Positions 56,168 through 64,000 of a stretch of 64,000 nucleotides of DNA are shown one piece after another (position 1 is the first letter of the stretch; the number at the start of each line of letters is the position of its first letter). The DNA comes from an uncultured Terracidiphilus sp. (GTDB lineage Bacteria > Acidobacteriota > Terriglobia > Terriglobales > Acidobacteriaceae): assembly GCA_964644105.1 (NCBI GenBank), contig CAZXVX010000001.1, positions 1,909-65,908 of the forward strand, written 5' to 3'. Under the pieces are notes generated by a model. The model made no database searches and was not told where the DNA came from. It saw only the letters and a program-made list of their open reading frames with translations. The position numbers and the translations under genes are program-made.

Positions 56168-58486
56168 GTGAATGCGATGGATGAGCTAACGAGGGAGTTC
56201 CTGATCGAGAGCCAAGAGGGGTTGGACCGCATGGAGCGCTGTCTGACTGACTTGGAGGAGCGGCCGCAGGATGCTGGATTGATTGGAGATATCTTTCGGT
56301 CTGTGCACACGATCAAAGGGACCACTGGTTTTTTGGGCTTCAAACGGTTAGAGAAGCTGGCCCATGCCGGCGAGAATCTGTTGGGATTGGTGCGCGAAGG
56401 CAAGCTGATTGCCAACCGTGAGGTCATCACCGGTCTGCTGCAACTGCTGGATGGGCTGCGCTCGATTCTCAAAACCATTGAAGCGGAAGACGCCGAGGGC
56501 GAAGGTGAGGATGTGGTGTTGATCGGCCGTCTGGAGGAGTTGCAACTTCCCGCGCAGGCCGAGGTCAAGCAACTGGCCCATGCCAAGGCCAGCGCCCATG
56601 GTTCATCGGCCGCCCCTCCCGCTATCAATCCGGCGGAGATCAAGCCCAAGCAACCCTCGGCCGCGGCACCCGCTCCGGAACCGGCCGAGGACACCCAGAA
56701 AACAACCGCCTCCCCGTCGGCGTCTACTGAGCCGGCCAGTGGTGCAGCGCCCTCCACGTCTTCCGAAGCAGAGAACGATCCGGCGCGTCAACGGACTCCC
56801 ATTGCCGGCACGGCGGCTGAGAGCACGCTGCGCGTCGATGTCACGCTACTGAACCGGATGATGAACCTGGTAGGCGAGCTGGTACTCACCCGCAATCAGG
56901 TTTTGCAGGCCACCTCGGCCGATCCCAATATGACCCTGCTCAGCCGCCGCCTGGATATGGTGACGGCCGATTTGCGCGAGTCGGTGATGAAGGCTCGCAT
57001 GCAGCCGGTTTCAAATATCTTTTCGAAGATGCCGCGCATTGTCCGTGATCTCTCGCAATCGCTGGGCCGGCGTGTGCGATTGCAAGTCGAGGGCCAGGAT
57101 ACGGAGCTGGACAAGAGCCTTCTGGAGGCGATTAAAGATCCGCTCACTCATGCGGTACGGAATTCACTGGACCACGGCATTGAATTGCCGGATGCGCGCC
57201 TGGCCGCCGGCAAGAACCCTGAGGGAATCCTCAAGTTGCGGGCTGCTCAGGAGGGCAGCCACGTCATCATCGAAGTTTCGGACGACGGGGCCGGCATCAA
57301 TGTGGATCGTGTACGCCAGAAGGCCATTGAACGCGGCCTGATTACCGCGGATCGCGCCTCCCATCTGGCGGAGCGCGAACTGCTGCAATTGATCTTCCTT
57401 CCCGGCTTTTCAACCGCCGCCGCAGTCACCAATGTCAGCGGACGCGGTGTGGGGATGGATGTCGTTCGCACCAATGTGGAGAAGATCGGCGGCAAGGTCG
57501 AGATTGACTCGCGTACCGGCAAGGGCACAACCCTGCGGATGCGCATTCCTCTCACGCTGGCCATTATTCCCGCCTTGATCGTCCGCAGCGTCAATCAGAG
57601 CTTTGCGCTGCCCCAGGGCGCGCTCTCCGAGCTGGTGCACATTCCTCCGGAACAAGCGGCTTCGGCGATCGAATGGATTGAAAACGCGCCGTTGTACCGG
57701 CTGCGCGGCAAGCTTTTACCGCTGGTCTTTCTGGACCGGCTTTTGATGCCGGGCGTTGAGCATAAAGTTGCCACTGAGCGCGACAATTTCATAGCCGTTC
57801 TGGACCCCGACGGCCGCCGTTTTGGCTTGGTTGTGGACGGACTGGCAGATCCAGAGGAGATCGTCGTCAAGCCACTCTCCGCGGTTCTCAAAGGCATTGG
57901 TCTCTTCTCCGGCGCCACGGTGCTGGGCAACGCCGATTTGGCACTGATTCTTGATCCCGGTTCAATCGCCATGAAAGCTGGAATCGCGATGCGTGAGGAA
58001 GGGCTGGTGCAGGCGGTTGAAAGCGAAGTCGAGGCGGATTCAGCAAAGGGCCTTGAGTACCTGCTGGTGGAAGCGGCTGGCCGACAGGCGGCCGTGCCGT
58101 TGACCGAGGTATTACGCATCGAGCAACTTCCGGTCTCGCGCATCGAGTACATCGGCTATCGGCCGGTGCTGAACTTCGAAGGGCAGTTGCTGCCGGTCGA
58201 GGATTCAGGAGGCGTTCTGGCTGCTGTGCAGGACAATCCCAAGGCACAGATTATTGTGGTGGTCTGCCGCGAAGGCAATCGTCACGTGGGCATTGCCGTT
58301 TCGCATGTGCTGGACGTGGCTGCCGGCGGCGACCTCTTCGAGGCCGGCACGGCGCAGCGCACCAGCGGAGTTACGCTGCTCAAGAATCGTGTGACCGGGG
58401 TGGTAGATCTGGGCGGTGTGGCTCCGCTGCCTGCCGGAGAACAGGCCTCCGCTGAATGGAGCCAGAGTGTGGAGGCAATGGCATGA
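56168..58486 (+). CDS. cheA: Chemotaxis histidine kinase with two CheW-like domains
   Basis: Hpt IFRSVHTIKG, LMNLVGELV-like dimerisation segment, HAVRNSLDHG, SGRGVGMDVV and two CheW-like C-terminal domains. Confidence 0.97.
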   Translation: MNAMDELTREFLIESQEGLDRMERCLTDLEERPQDAGLIGDIFRSVHTIKGTTGFLGFKRLEKLAHAGENLLGLVREGKLIANREVITGLLQLLDGLRSILKTIEAEDAEGEGEDVVLIGRLEELQLPAQAEVKQLAHAKASAHGSSAAPPAINPAEIKPKQPSAAAPAPEPAEDTQKTTASPSASTEPASGAAPSTSSEAENDPARQRTPIAGTAAESTLRVDVTLLNRMMNLVGELVLTRNQVLQATSADPNMTLLSRRLDMVTADLRESVMKARMQPVSNIFSKMPRIVRDLSQSLGRRVRLQVEGQDTELDKSLLEAIKDPLTHAVRNSLDHGIELPDARLAAGKNPEGILKLRAAQEGSHVIIEVSDDGAGINVDRVRQKAIERGLITADRASHLAERELLQLIFLPGFSTAAAVTNVSGRGVGMDVVRTNVEKIGGKVEIDSRTGKGTTLRMRIPLTLAIIPALIVRSVNQSFALPQGALSELVHIPPEQAASAIEWIENAPLYRLRGKLLPLVFLDRLLMPGVEHKVATERDNFIAVLDPDGRRFGLVVDGLADPEEIVVKPLSAVLKGIGLFSGATVLGNADLALILDPGSIAMKAGIAMREEGLVQAVESEVEADSAKGLEYLLVEAAGRQAAVPLTEVLRIEQLPVSRIEYIGYRPVLNFEGQLLPVEDSGGVLAAVQDNPKAQIIVVVCREGNRHVGIAVSHVLDVAAGGDLFEAGTAQRTSGVTLLKNRVTGVVDLGGVAPLPAGEQASAEWSQSVEAMA

Positions 58487-58989
58487 GTACAGTTGCAGCA
58501 GCGCTTGCACCAACAGCTTCGATCAATCGCAAGGAGAAGGCCGTGGCGGCTTCTTTGGTGGAGATGTGCACGGTGCGGTTGGGAAGCACACTCTTCGGAG
58601 TACCCATTACCCATATTCTGGAGATTGTCGGCGCGGCGCGTCCGCAGCCGGTTCCTTTGGCGCCGGTTTTTGTCGGCGGATTGGTGCACTATCGCGGCGA
58701 TGTCCTGACCACCGTGAGTCTGCGCCAGTTGTTGAATATGCCGCCCAAAGAGGGACGGCAAGACCTTCTGGTTCTAGAGAGCGCAGGCGGAATCTTTGGA
58801 TTGCTGGTGGACTCGGTCGGCGAGGTGCTCACCGTCTCCTCCTCCGACCATGAACCTAACCCTTCGATTCTGGATGAGCGCCGGAGAGTTCTCTTTGCCG
58901 GCGCCTACAAACTCAAGGACACTCTGCTGGTGATGCTAGATCCAGAGCAACTGGAGCCGATGCGATTAAGCGCGGCTCGGGCAGCTTAG
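58483..58989 (+). CDS. cheW: Chemotaxis coupling protein
   Basis: FGVPITHILEI, VPLAP..V.GL..YRG and GLLVDSVGEV. Confidence 0.93.
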   Translation: MSTVAAALAPTASINRKEKAVAASLVEMCTVRLGSTLFGVPITHILEIVGAARPQPVPLAPVFVGGLVHYRGDVLTTVSLRQLLNMPPKEGRQDLLVLESAGGIFGLLVDSVGEVLTVSSSDHEPNPSILDERRRVLFAGAYKLKDTLLVMLDPEQLEPMRLSAARAA

Positions 58990-59028
58990 GGCAATTGGTC
59001 GCAAGTCCGTAACTGAATGGAGGTAGCC

Positions 59029-59397
59029 ATGCGAGCTTTGATTGTCGATGATTCCCGATTCGTGAGGGGGTATCTGCGCGGCCTGCTTGAGGAAAAGGGA
59101 ATTGAGTGCGCGGAGGCGGGTGACGGCCAGGCCGGCATGGATCAACTCAAGTCAGGCGTGACCTTTGACCTTGCGCTGATCGACTGGAATATGCCTGTTA
59201 TGAATGGTCTGGAGATGCTCAAGCAGATGCGCGCCGAGGGATTCAGTGAAGTAAAAGCGATGATGGTGACCACCGAAGCGGAAAACGACTTCATCCTCCG
59301 CGCCCTGGATGCCGGCGCCGACGAATATTTGATGAAACCTTTCGACGATGAAGCACTGACGGAAAAGCTTGCCATGCTTGGTCTGGTGGAGGCCTGA
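59029..59397 (+). CDS. cheY: Chemotaxis response regulator
   Basis: ALIVDDS, DWNMPVMNG, MVTTE and YLMKPF, within the che operon. Confidence 0.9.
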   Translation: MRALIVDDSRFVRGYLRGLLEEKGIECAEAGDGQAGMDQLKSGVTFDLALIDWNMPVMNGLEMLKQMRAEGFSEVKAMMVTTEAENDFILRALDAGADEYLMKPFDDEALTEKLAMLGLVEA

Positions 59398-59400
59398 ACG

Positions 59401-60522
59401 ATGGCTTCCGGACAGCGAACCCGGATTTTAATTGTGGATGACTCGGCGGTAATGCGGAGCCTTCTACGCTCGGTGGTCTGCGCCGATCCCAGCCTGGAAG
59501 TGGCAGGCACGGCGGGAGATGGTGAAAGCGCGTTGAGCGCCATCCAAAGCGTGCGCCCGGACCTGGTGCTGCTGGATGTGGAGATGCCGGTGATGGATGG
59601 CTTGGTGACACTCCGAAAGTTGCGCGCCAAGGGGCACAAGATGCCGGTCATCATGTGCAGTTCGCTCACCCAGCGTGGCGCCAAAGTGACCATCGAAGCT
59701 TTGGCCTGCGGCGCCTCCGATTATGTGGGCAAACCGACCGGACAAGTCGACCGCCAAGCCGCGACCAAAGCACTCTCGCTGGAGCTTATTCCCAAGATTC
59801 AGGCGCTTACCTCCCAGCAACAGCCAGTTCAGGCCGCCACTCCTCGTTTGCCGCTCTTTGCCTCACTGACTCCGCCTCCCAAAGCTCAACCGATTTCTTC
59901 AATCCCGGTGGCTCTAGCCATCGGCGTCTCTACTGGAGGACCGGCGGCGTTGGACATTTTGCTTCCAGCCCTGCCCGGCAACTTTCCGCTGCCCGTGCTG
60001 ATTGTGCAACACATGCCTGAGCTGTTCACCAAGCTTTTTGCCGAGCGCCTGAACAGCCGCTGTCCACTGCAGGTGCAGGAAGCTGCCGAAGGAATGCCTG
60101 TCTGCGCCGGCACGGTGTATATCGCCAAGGGAAACTGGCATATGGAAGTGCTGGCCTCCGCGCGGATCGGATTACCTAACACGTTGCACCTGACCCAGGG
60201 AGCACCGGAGAACCACTGCCGGCCTGCCGTCGATGTGCTCTTCCGCTCAGTGGCCGCCGTCTATGGCGCAGGCGCTTTGGCAGTGGTACTGACCGGGATG
60301 GGCTCGGACGGAATGCTCGGCTGCCGCGTCATCCGCGACCGCGGTGGAAGCATCATGGCCCAGGATCAGGCCTCCAGCACGGTTTGGGGAATGCCCGGCG
60401 CCGTAACCAATGCGGGATTGGCGCAGAAGGTTCTACCCCTCACCGCGATTGCCCCTGAAATCCTTCGGCTTGCCAGCCGGACGCACTTGGAAGCCCGCGA
60501 GCTTCGGGAAATGGTGGTCTAG
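59401..60522 (+). CDS. cheB: Chemotaxis methylesterase
   Basis: Receiver domain plus GVSTGGP, VQHMP, RPAVDVLF and LTGMGSDG. Confidence 0.96.
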   Translation: MASGQRTRILIVDDSAVMRSLLRSVVCADPSLEVAGTAGDGESALSAIQSVRPDLVLLDVEMPVMDGLVTLRKLRAKGHKMPVIMCSSLTQRGAKVTIEALACGASDYVGKPTGQVDRQAATKALSLELIPKIQALTSQQQPVQAATPRLPLFASLTPPPKAQPISSIPVALAIGVSTGGPAALDILLPALPGNFPLPVLIVQHMPELFTKLFAERLNSRCPLQVQEAAEGMPVCAGTVYIAKGNWHMEVLASARIGLPNTLHLTQGAPENHCRPAVDVLFRSVAAVYGAGALAVVLTGMGSDGMLGCRVIRDRGGSIMAQDQASSTVWGMPGAVTNAGLAQKVLPLTAIAPEILRLASRTHLEARELREMVV

Positions 60523-60524
60523 TC

Positions 60525-61364
60525 ATGCAAACTGCATCCGGCGTTGACTACGGCTATCTTCGGCAGCTCGTCTTCGGGCTCTCGCAAAACGTGCTTGATC
60601 CCTCGCGCGATTATCTCTTCGACACCCGGCTCACAAAGGTTCTGCGCAGTCAGGGCATGACCCAATTGGAAGAACTGGTCCACCATCTCAAAGGCAAAAA
60701 AAATCCTACTCTCGAACGTTCCATTGCCGAAGCTATGACCATCAACGAAACCAGCTTCTTTCGCGATGGCCGGCCCTTTGAACTGCTGCGCACGGAATTA
60801 TTGCCCAAGCTGATCGAATCCCGCCGCTACCTGCGCACCCTGCGCATTTGGAGCGCCGCCTGCTCCACAGGCCAGGAAGCCTACAGCATGGCCATGCTCC
60901 TGACGGAACACTTTCCCATGCTTGCTGGGTGGAATATACGCATCGAAGGCACAGATATCTGCAGCGAGGTTGTCGAGAAGGCTCATTCCGGCTGCTACCA
61001 CCGCATTGAGATCAACCGCGGATTGCCCGCTCGCTTTGTGGTGCGCTACTTTGACCACGCCGGTGAAGATTGGACGGTCAAGCCCGATATACGCAAGATG
61101 TGCAACTTCCGCACGGCCAACCTTTGCGCAACGCCCCTGCCCTTCAATCGCAGCGATGACCGCTTCGATATCATCTTTTTGCGCAACGTGATGCTTTACT
61201 TCAGCCAGGAGAACCGCAAGATTCTGCTGGCCGGCATTCACAAGGTGCTCGCCCCTGATGGCATTCTCTTCCTCGGTTCCAGCGAGCAGCCCGCCGATCC
61301 GTCAATCTGGACTCCAGTACTGGCTGGCGGCACCTGCCACTTCCGCCCGCGCCAGCCGAGTTAG
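60525..61364 (+). CDS. cheR: Chemotaxis methyltransferase
   Basis: TINETSFFRD, IWSAACSTGQEAYS and FLRNVMLYF. Confidence 0.96.
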   Translation: MQTASGVDYGYLRQLVFGLSQNVLDPSRDYLFDTRLTKVLRSQGMTQLEELVHHLKGKKNPTLERSIAEAMTINETSFFRDGRPFELLRTELLPKLIESRRYLRTLRIWSAACSTGQEAYSMAMLLTEHFPMLAGWNIRIEGTDICSEVVEKAHSGCYHRIEINRGLPARFVVRYFDHAGEDWTVKPDIRKMCNFRTANLCATPLPFNRSDDRFDIIFLRNVMLYFSQENRKILLAGIHKVLAPDGILFLGSSEQPADPSIWTPVLAGGTCHFRPRQPS

Positions 61365-61435
61365 GAAGCACTCATCGACGTTACCCAACCTTTGCCGCTG
61401 GTTCGCTCATGCGTCCAAGGTTGGGGATCAAACCG

Positions 61436-62575
61436 TCACTTCCCTGCCCCCTCGGGCCACGGATCCTTAAGCAGTGAACAAAGCCCTAGATCATTCTCGT
61501 AACGCTCTACTTCAACCTCTGCCATGCGAATAGCGCTGGCCATTCCTTTGAAGGCCGGAACCGCGTCCGAACCCATGATCTGCGGCGAGACAAAGAGATG
61601 CACGCGGTCCACCAACCCCTCGGCAAGCAGAGCCGTGTTCAGCCGCGTGCCGGTTTCGGTAAGCAGAGTCAGGATTCCCTCCGCTCCCAACTTCTCCAGT
61701 ACTTTATCCAGCGGAACGCGGCCTGCCACATCTTTCAGCACTTCAACACGGACACCCCGCTCACGCAATGCAGTGGCGAGCGTCTGGTTAGTTGAAACCG
61801 TAAAAACTACCACATCTTCCTTTGCCGAAGCCACCAATTTTGCATCCAGCGGCATGCGCAGCGCGGAGTCTAACACCACGCGCAGCAGGGGCCGGCGGCG
61901 GCGCAATCCGCTGCGGTCGGTCAGCAGCGGGTCGTCGGCCAGCACAGTGTCCACGCCAGTCAGCGCAGCGTCGGCCTGGTGGCGCAACGGCTGCACGGCG
62001 GCTCGGGCGGCATCACTCGTAATCCAATAGGGCGCATGCAGCGTGTGCGCTCCCGGCGGCGGAGCGATGCGCCCATCCAGCGTCATGGCCACCTTCATCA
62101 GCACCAATGGGCGCTGATGCTGAATCCAGCGTGCAAAGCCCTCATTCAGGCGCCGCGCCTCCGTCTCGCACGCACCCACGGCAACTTCCAGACCCGCCGC
62201 GCGCAGTGCCTCCATTCCTTGCCCTGCAACAGCAGGATTCGGATCAATCGTTGCCGCAACCACGCGCTTGAGCCCGGCAGCGATGAGCGCCTGCGTGCAG
62301 GGCCCGGTGCGCCCGGTATGGTTGCAGGGCTCCAGCGACACATACGCCGTGCCGCCGCGCAGCCGCTCTCCGGTGTGCTGCTCAGCAACCTTCAAAGCAA
62401 CGACCTCGGCGTGGTCCAGCAGACCGTACTCATGCCAGCCCTCGCCCGCTACCTGCCCTGCGCAATCCAGAATCACGCAGCCCACGGCGGGGTTGGGAGA
62501 AGTAACGCCGATTCCGCGCCGCGCCAGTTCCAGCGCCCGTTGCATCCAATACCGGTCTTGATCGATTTGATTCAT
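61436..62575 (-). CDS. ribD: Bifunctional riboflavin deaminase/reductase
   Basis: PNPAVGCV, HAE, LEPCNHTGRTGPC, KVAMTLDG and TVLADDPLLT. Confidence 0.96.
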   Translation of the reverse strand: MNQIDQDRYWMQRALELARRGIGVTSPNPAVGCVILDCAGQVAGEGWHEYGLLDHAEVVALKVAEQHTGERLRGGTAYVSLEPCNHTGRTGPCTQALIAAGLKRVVAATIDPNPAVAGQGMEALRAAGLEVAVGACETEARRLNEGFARWIQHQRPLVLMKVAMTLDGRIAPPPGAHTLHAPYWITSDAARAAVQPLRHQADAALTGVDTVLADDPLLTDRSGLRRRRPLLRVVLDSALRMPLDAKLVASAKEDVVVFTVSTNQTLATALRERGVRVEVLKDVAGRVPLDKVLEKLGAEGILTLLTETGTRLNTALLAEGLVDRVHLFVSPQIMGSDAVPAFKGMASAIRMAEVEVERYENDLGLCSLLKDPWPEGAGK

Positions 62576-62671
62576 ATCTTGAACAATTGGGAACTCTTCA
62601 GTCTACAGGAAACGCACGATACATCCGCGCACTAATCATCCGGCACTGAAAGGATTACAACCAAAAACTTG

Positions 62672-62705
62672 GTCATCCAGAGCAAAGCGCAGCAGAGTCG
62701 AGGAA
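62672..62705 (+). repeat. Possible degenerate REP of a second family
   Basis: GTCATCCAGAGCAAAGCGCAGCAGAGTCGAGGAA resembles GTCATCCTGAGCG-type intergenic repeats. Only one copy is in the window. Confidence 0.3.
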
Positions 62706-62827
62706 AGTGTGGTTGCTTTGCAGTGACAATGTCGCATTGCAATTGCGCCGGTTCAATAGCAAAGTGAAGACAGGGCAATTGCAGTTGGAATTGAAAGGGC
62801 ATCATTTCCTGCGGATGAAAAGAGTTT

Positions 62828-64000
62828 CTAATTGCCCTCCGGGAATGGCGGCTTGAACGAAGCTTGTGATTCAGGCTCGGGGGGTCCAACTGGAACCGGA
62901 ATTGCGGCAGGCTTCTCGCTTGCGGGCGGCGCCGTGCGGTTAAAGAGCACGGCAAACCAGCCCAGCAACAGAATCCAAACGCCCATCACAAGGAGATTGA
63001 CCGCACCAAGGCACAGCTCCGTCACCCAAGTTTGCGTTGTGAATACACTGTTGGAAATGAAAACAACCAGTACTACAACGATGGCAGTCAGCAATATACC
63101 AAGCCACCAGCGCCACGCGAGCATCATTTTCAGAACACGTCTCCAGGGCAAAATCAAGCCCCAAACCGCGGAAGCAAAGACGAAGGGAAGAAGAATGACA
63201 GGAGTTACCACCAAACCAACCAGCCAAGGCACAATGGGCATTTGCCAAAAGCTCAGCGAGAAGGCAATGACCGGTATCAATATTATCCACAGAAGCATTG
63301 AAAGGATGCCTTGAATCCTAAGCACTCGCCTTCCGCAGTTCATCAGTAACGAACGCATCATCTCTGCCTGCAAGATGATCCATAAGGAAAAAATCACTAT
63401 CAATAAAATCACTCTAACCCAGTCTTTCCAACTGGACTCGTCGGGAATACTTCTTCCAATGAGAACCACAAGGCCAAACAAAATTACCCAAACGAATTGC
63501 GCCCCAACCCATCGGCGGCTTATGCGCAGCCGATCGAAGAGCTCCGTCAAAGCATCGTTTTCCGGCAGCGTCTTTTGGCAGCCGAAGAGTACGCCCGCCC
63601 ACGCCAGCAGCAGAAGCCAGCCGCCGACACCGAGCAGATATGCGCCTGTCAGTCTAAGTGCTTCATGCATGACTTGCGTCTGCGGTGATCCGCTCAGCGT
63701 CTTGGTAAAGAAGTGGCTCGGCAATAACACACTCAACAGCGCAATGATGGTCACGCCCAGCCACCAGCGCCAGTTCCACGGCAGTTGCAGCACGCGGCGC
63801 AAGGGCACTCGCCAGCCGGATTGCGCCGAAGCAATTGCGAATGGAATCACTTTGGCAGGCACGATGATCCAGCGAAAGACCCACTCCACGTAACTCATCC
63901 AGAGAGAAATGTGCTCAAAGGTGAGGAACTTTGCGCGCCAGTGAGCTGAAGTTTGCGAGTTCAAATACCCGGCCCATTGCGGAATCTGATCGTCACACCA
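62828..64000 (-). CDS. Multi-pass membrane hypothetical protein, partial (5' end beyond window)
   Basis: The frame stays open upstream of 63964 to the edge (WCDDQIPQWAGYLNSQ...). Internal duplication of a WRWWLG unit. Confidence 0.75.
   Translation of the reverse strand, partial: WCDDQIPQWAGYLNSQTSAHWRAKFLTFEHISLWMSYVEWVFRWIIVPAKVIPFAIASAQSGWRVPLRRVLQLPWNWRWWLGVTIIALLSVLLPSHFFTKTLSGSPQTQVMHEALRLTGAYLLGVGGWLLLLAWAGVLFGCQKTLPENDALTELFDRLRISRRWVGAQFVWVILFGLVVLIGRSIPDESSWKDWVRVILLIVIFSLWIILQAEMMRSLLMNCGRRVLRIQGILSMLLWIILIPVIAFSLSFWQMPIVPWLVGLVVTPVILLPFVFASAVWGLILPWRRVLKMMLAWRWWLGILLTAIVVVLVVFISNSVFTTQTWVTELCLGAVNLLVMGVWILLLGWFAVLFNRTAPPASEKPAAIPVPVGPPEPESQASFKPPFPEGN

Noticed and set aside
1-64000. 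CRISPR array, integrase/transposase, prophage or rRNA
   Set aside because: No regularly spaced repeat-spacer array, recombinase motif, phage structural cluster or rRNA-like sequence was seen.

Overview
This is a bacterial chromosome segment, very likely Acidobacteriota (Acidobacteriaceae-like). That assignment is inferred from gene content (TamB/SurA pair, HpnI, MqnC, CadC-TolB regulators, SBBP/Ig surface proteins) and from the style of its REP repeats. Left edge (1-2322): a lower-GC, tightly coupled minus-strand operon of a Dam-type N6-adenine methyltransferase, a ParB/Srx-fold protein and a phosphoribosyltransferase-like ORF. The last ORF is absent from the supplied track and runs off the window; this operon is the best candidate for an undescribed defence or DNA-modification system. 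Next come envelope genes (tamB, surA-like, lemA, TPM, hpnI) with REP-like palindromes, a CadC/TolB regulator divergent from a surface-protein operon, a papain-like peptidase, a cytochrome c, mqsRA flanked by two similar unannotated ~42-aa peptides, and mqnC. A ~24 kb accessory cluster (25165-49006), bounded by gene remnants, encodes a KdpDE-like two-component system, a KDPG/KHG aldolase coupled to a TolC-CusA-MFP pump, a candidate RPPP arrest leader, an EF-hand protein, two paralogous porins, TonB, a second two-component system, a TonB-dependent receptor, a YncE protein and a histidine-acid phytase. Four of its intergenic regions share an 11-bp-periodic motif. The right part holds a GH44 glucanase, tRNA-Glu(TTC), a CDP-alcohol phosphatidyltransferase, an S41 protease, a sigma28-type cheAWYBR operon, ribD and a partial membrane protein. 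All calls come from manual motif recognition; no database search was run.
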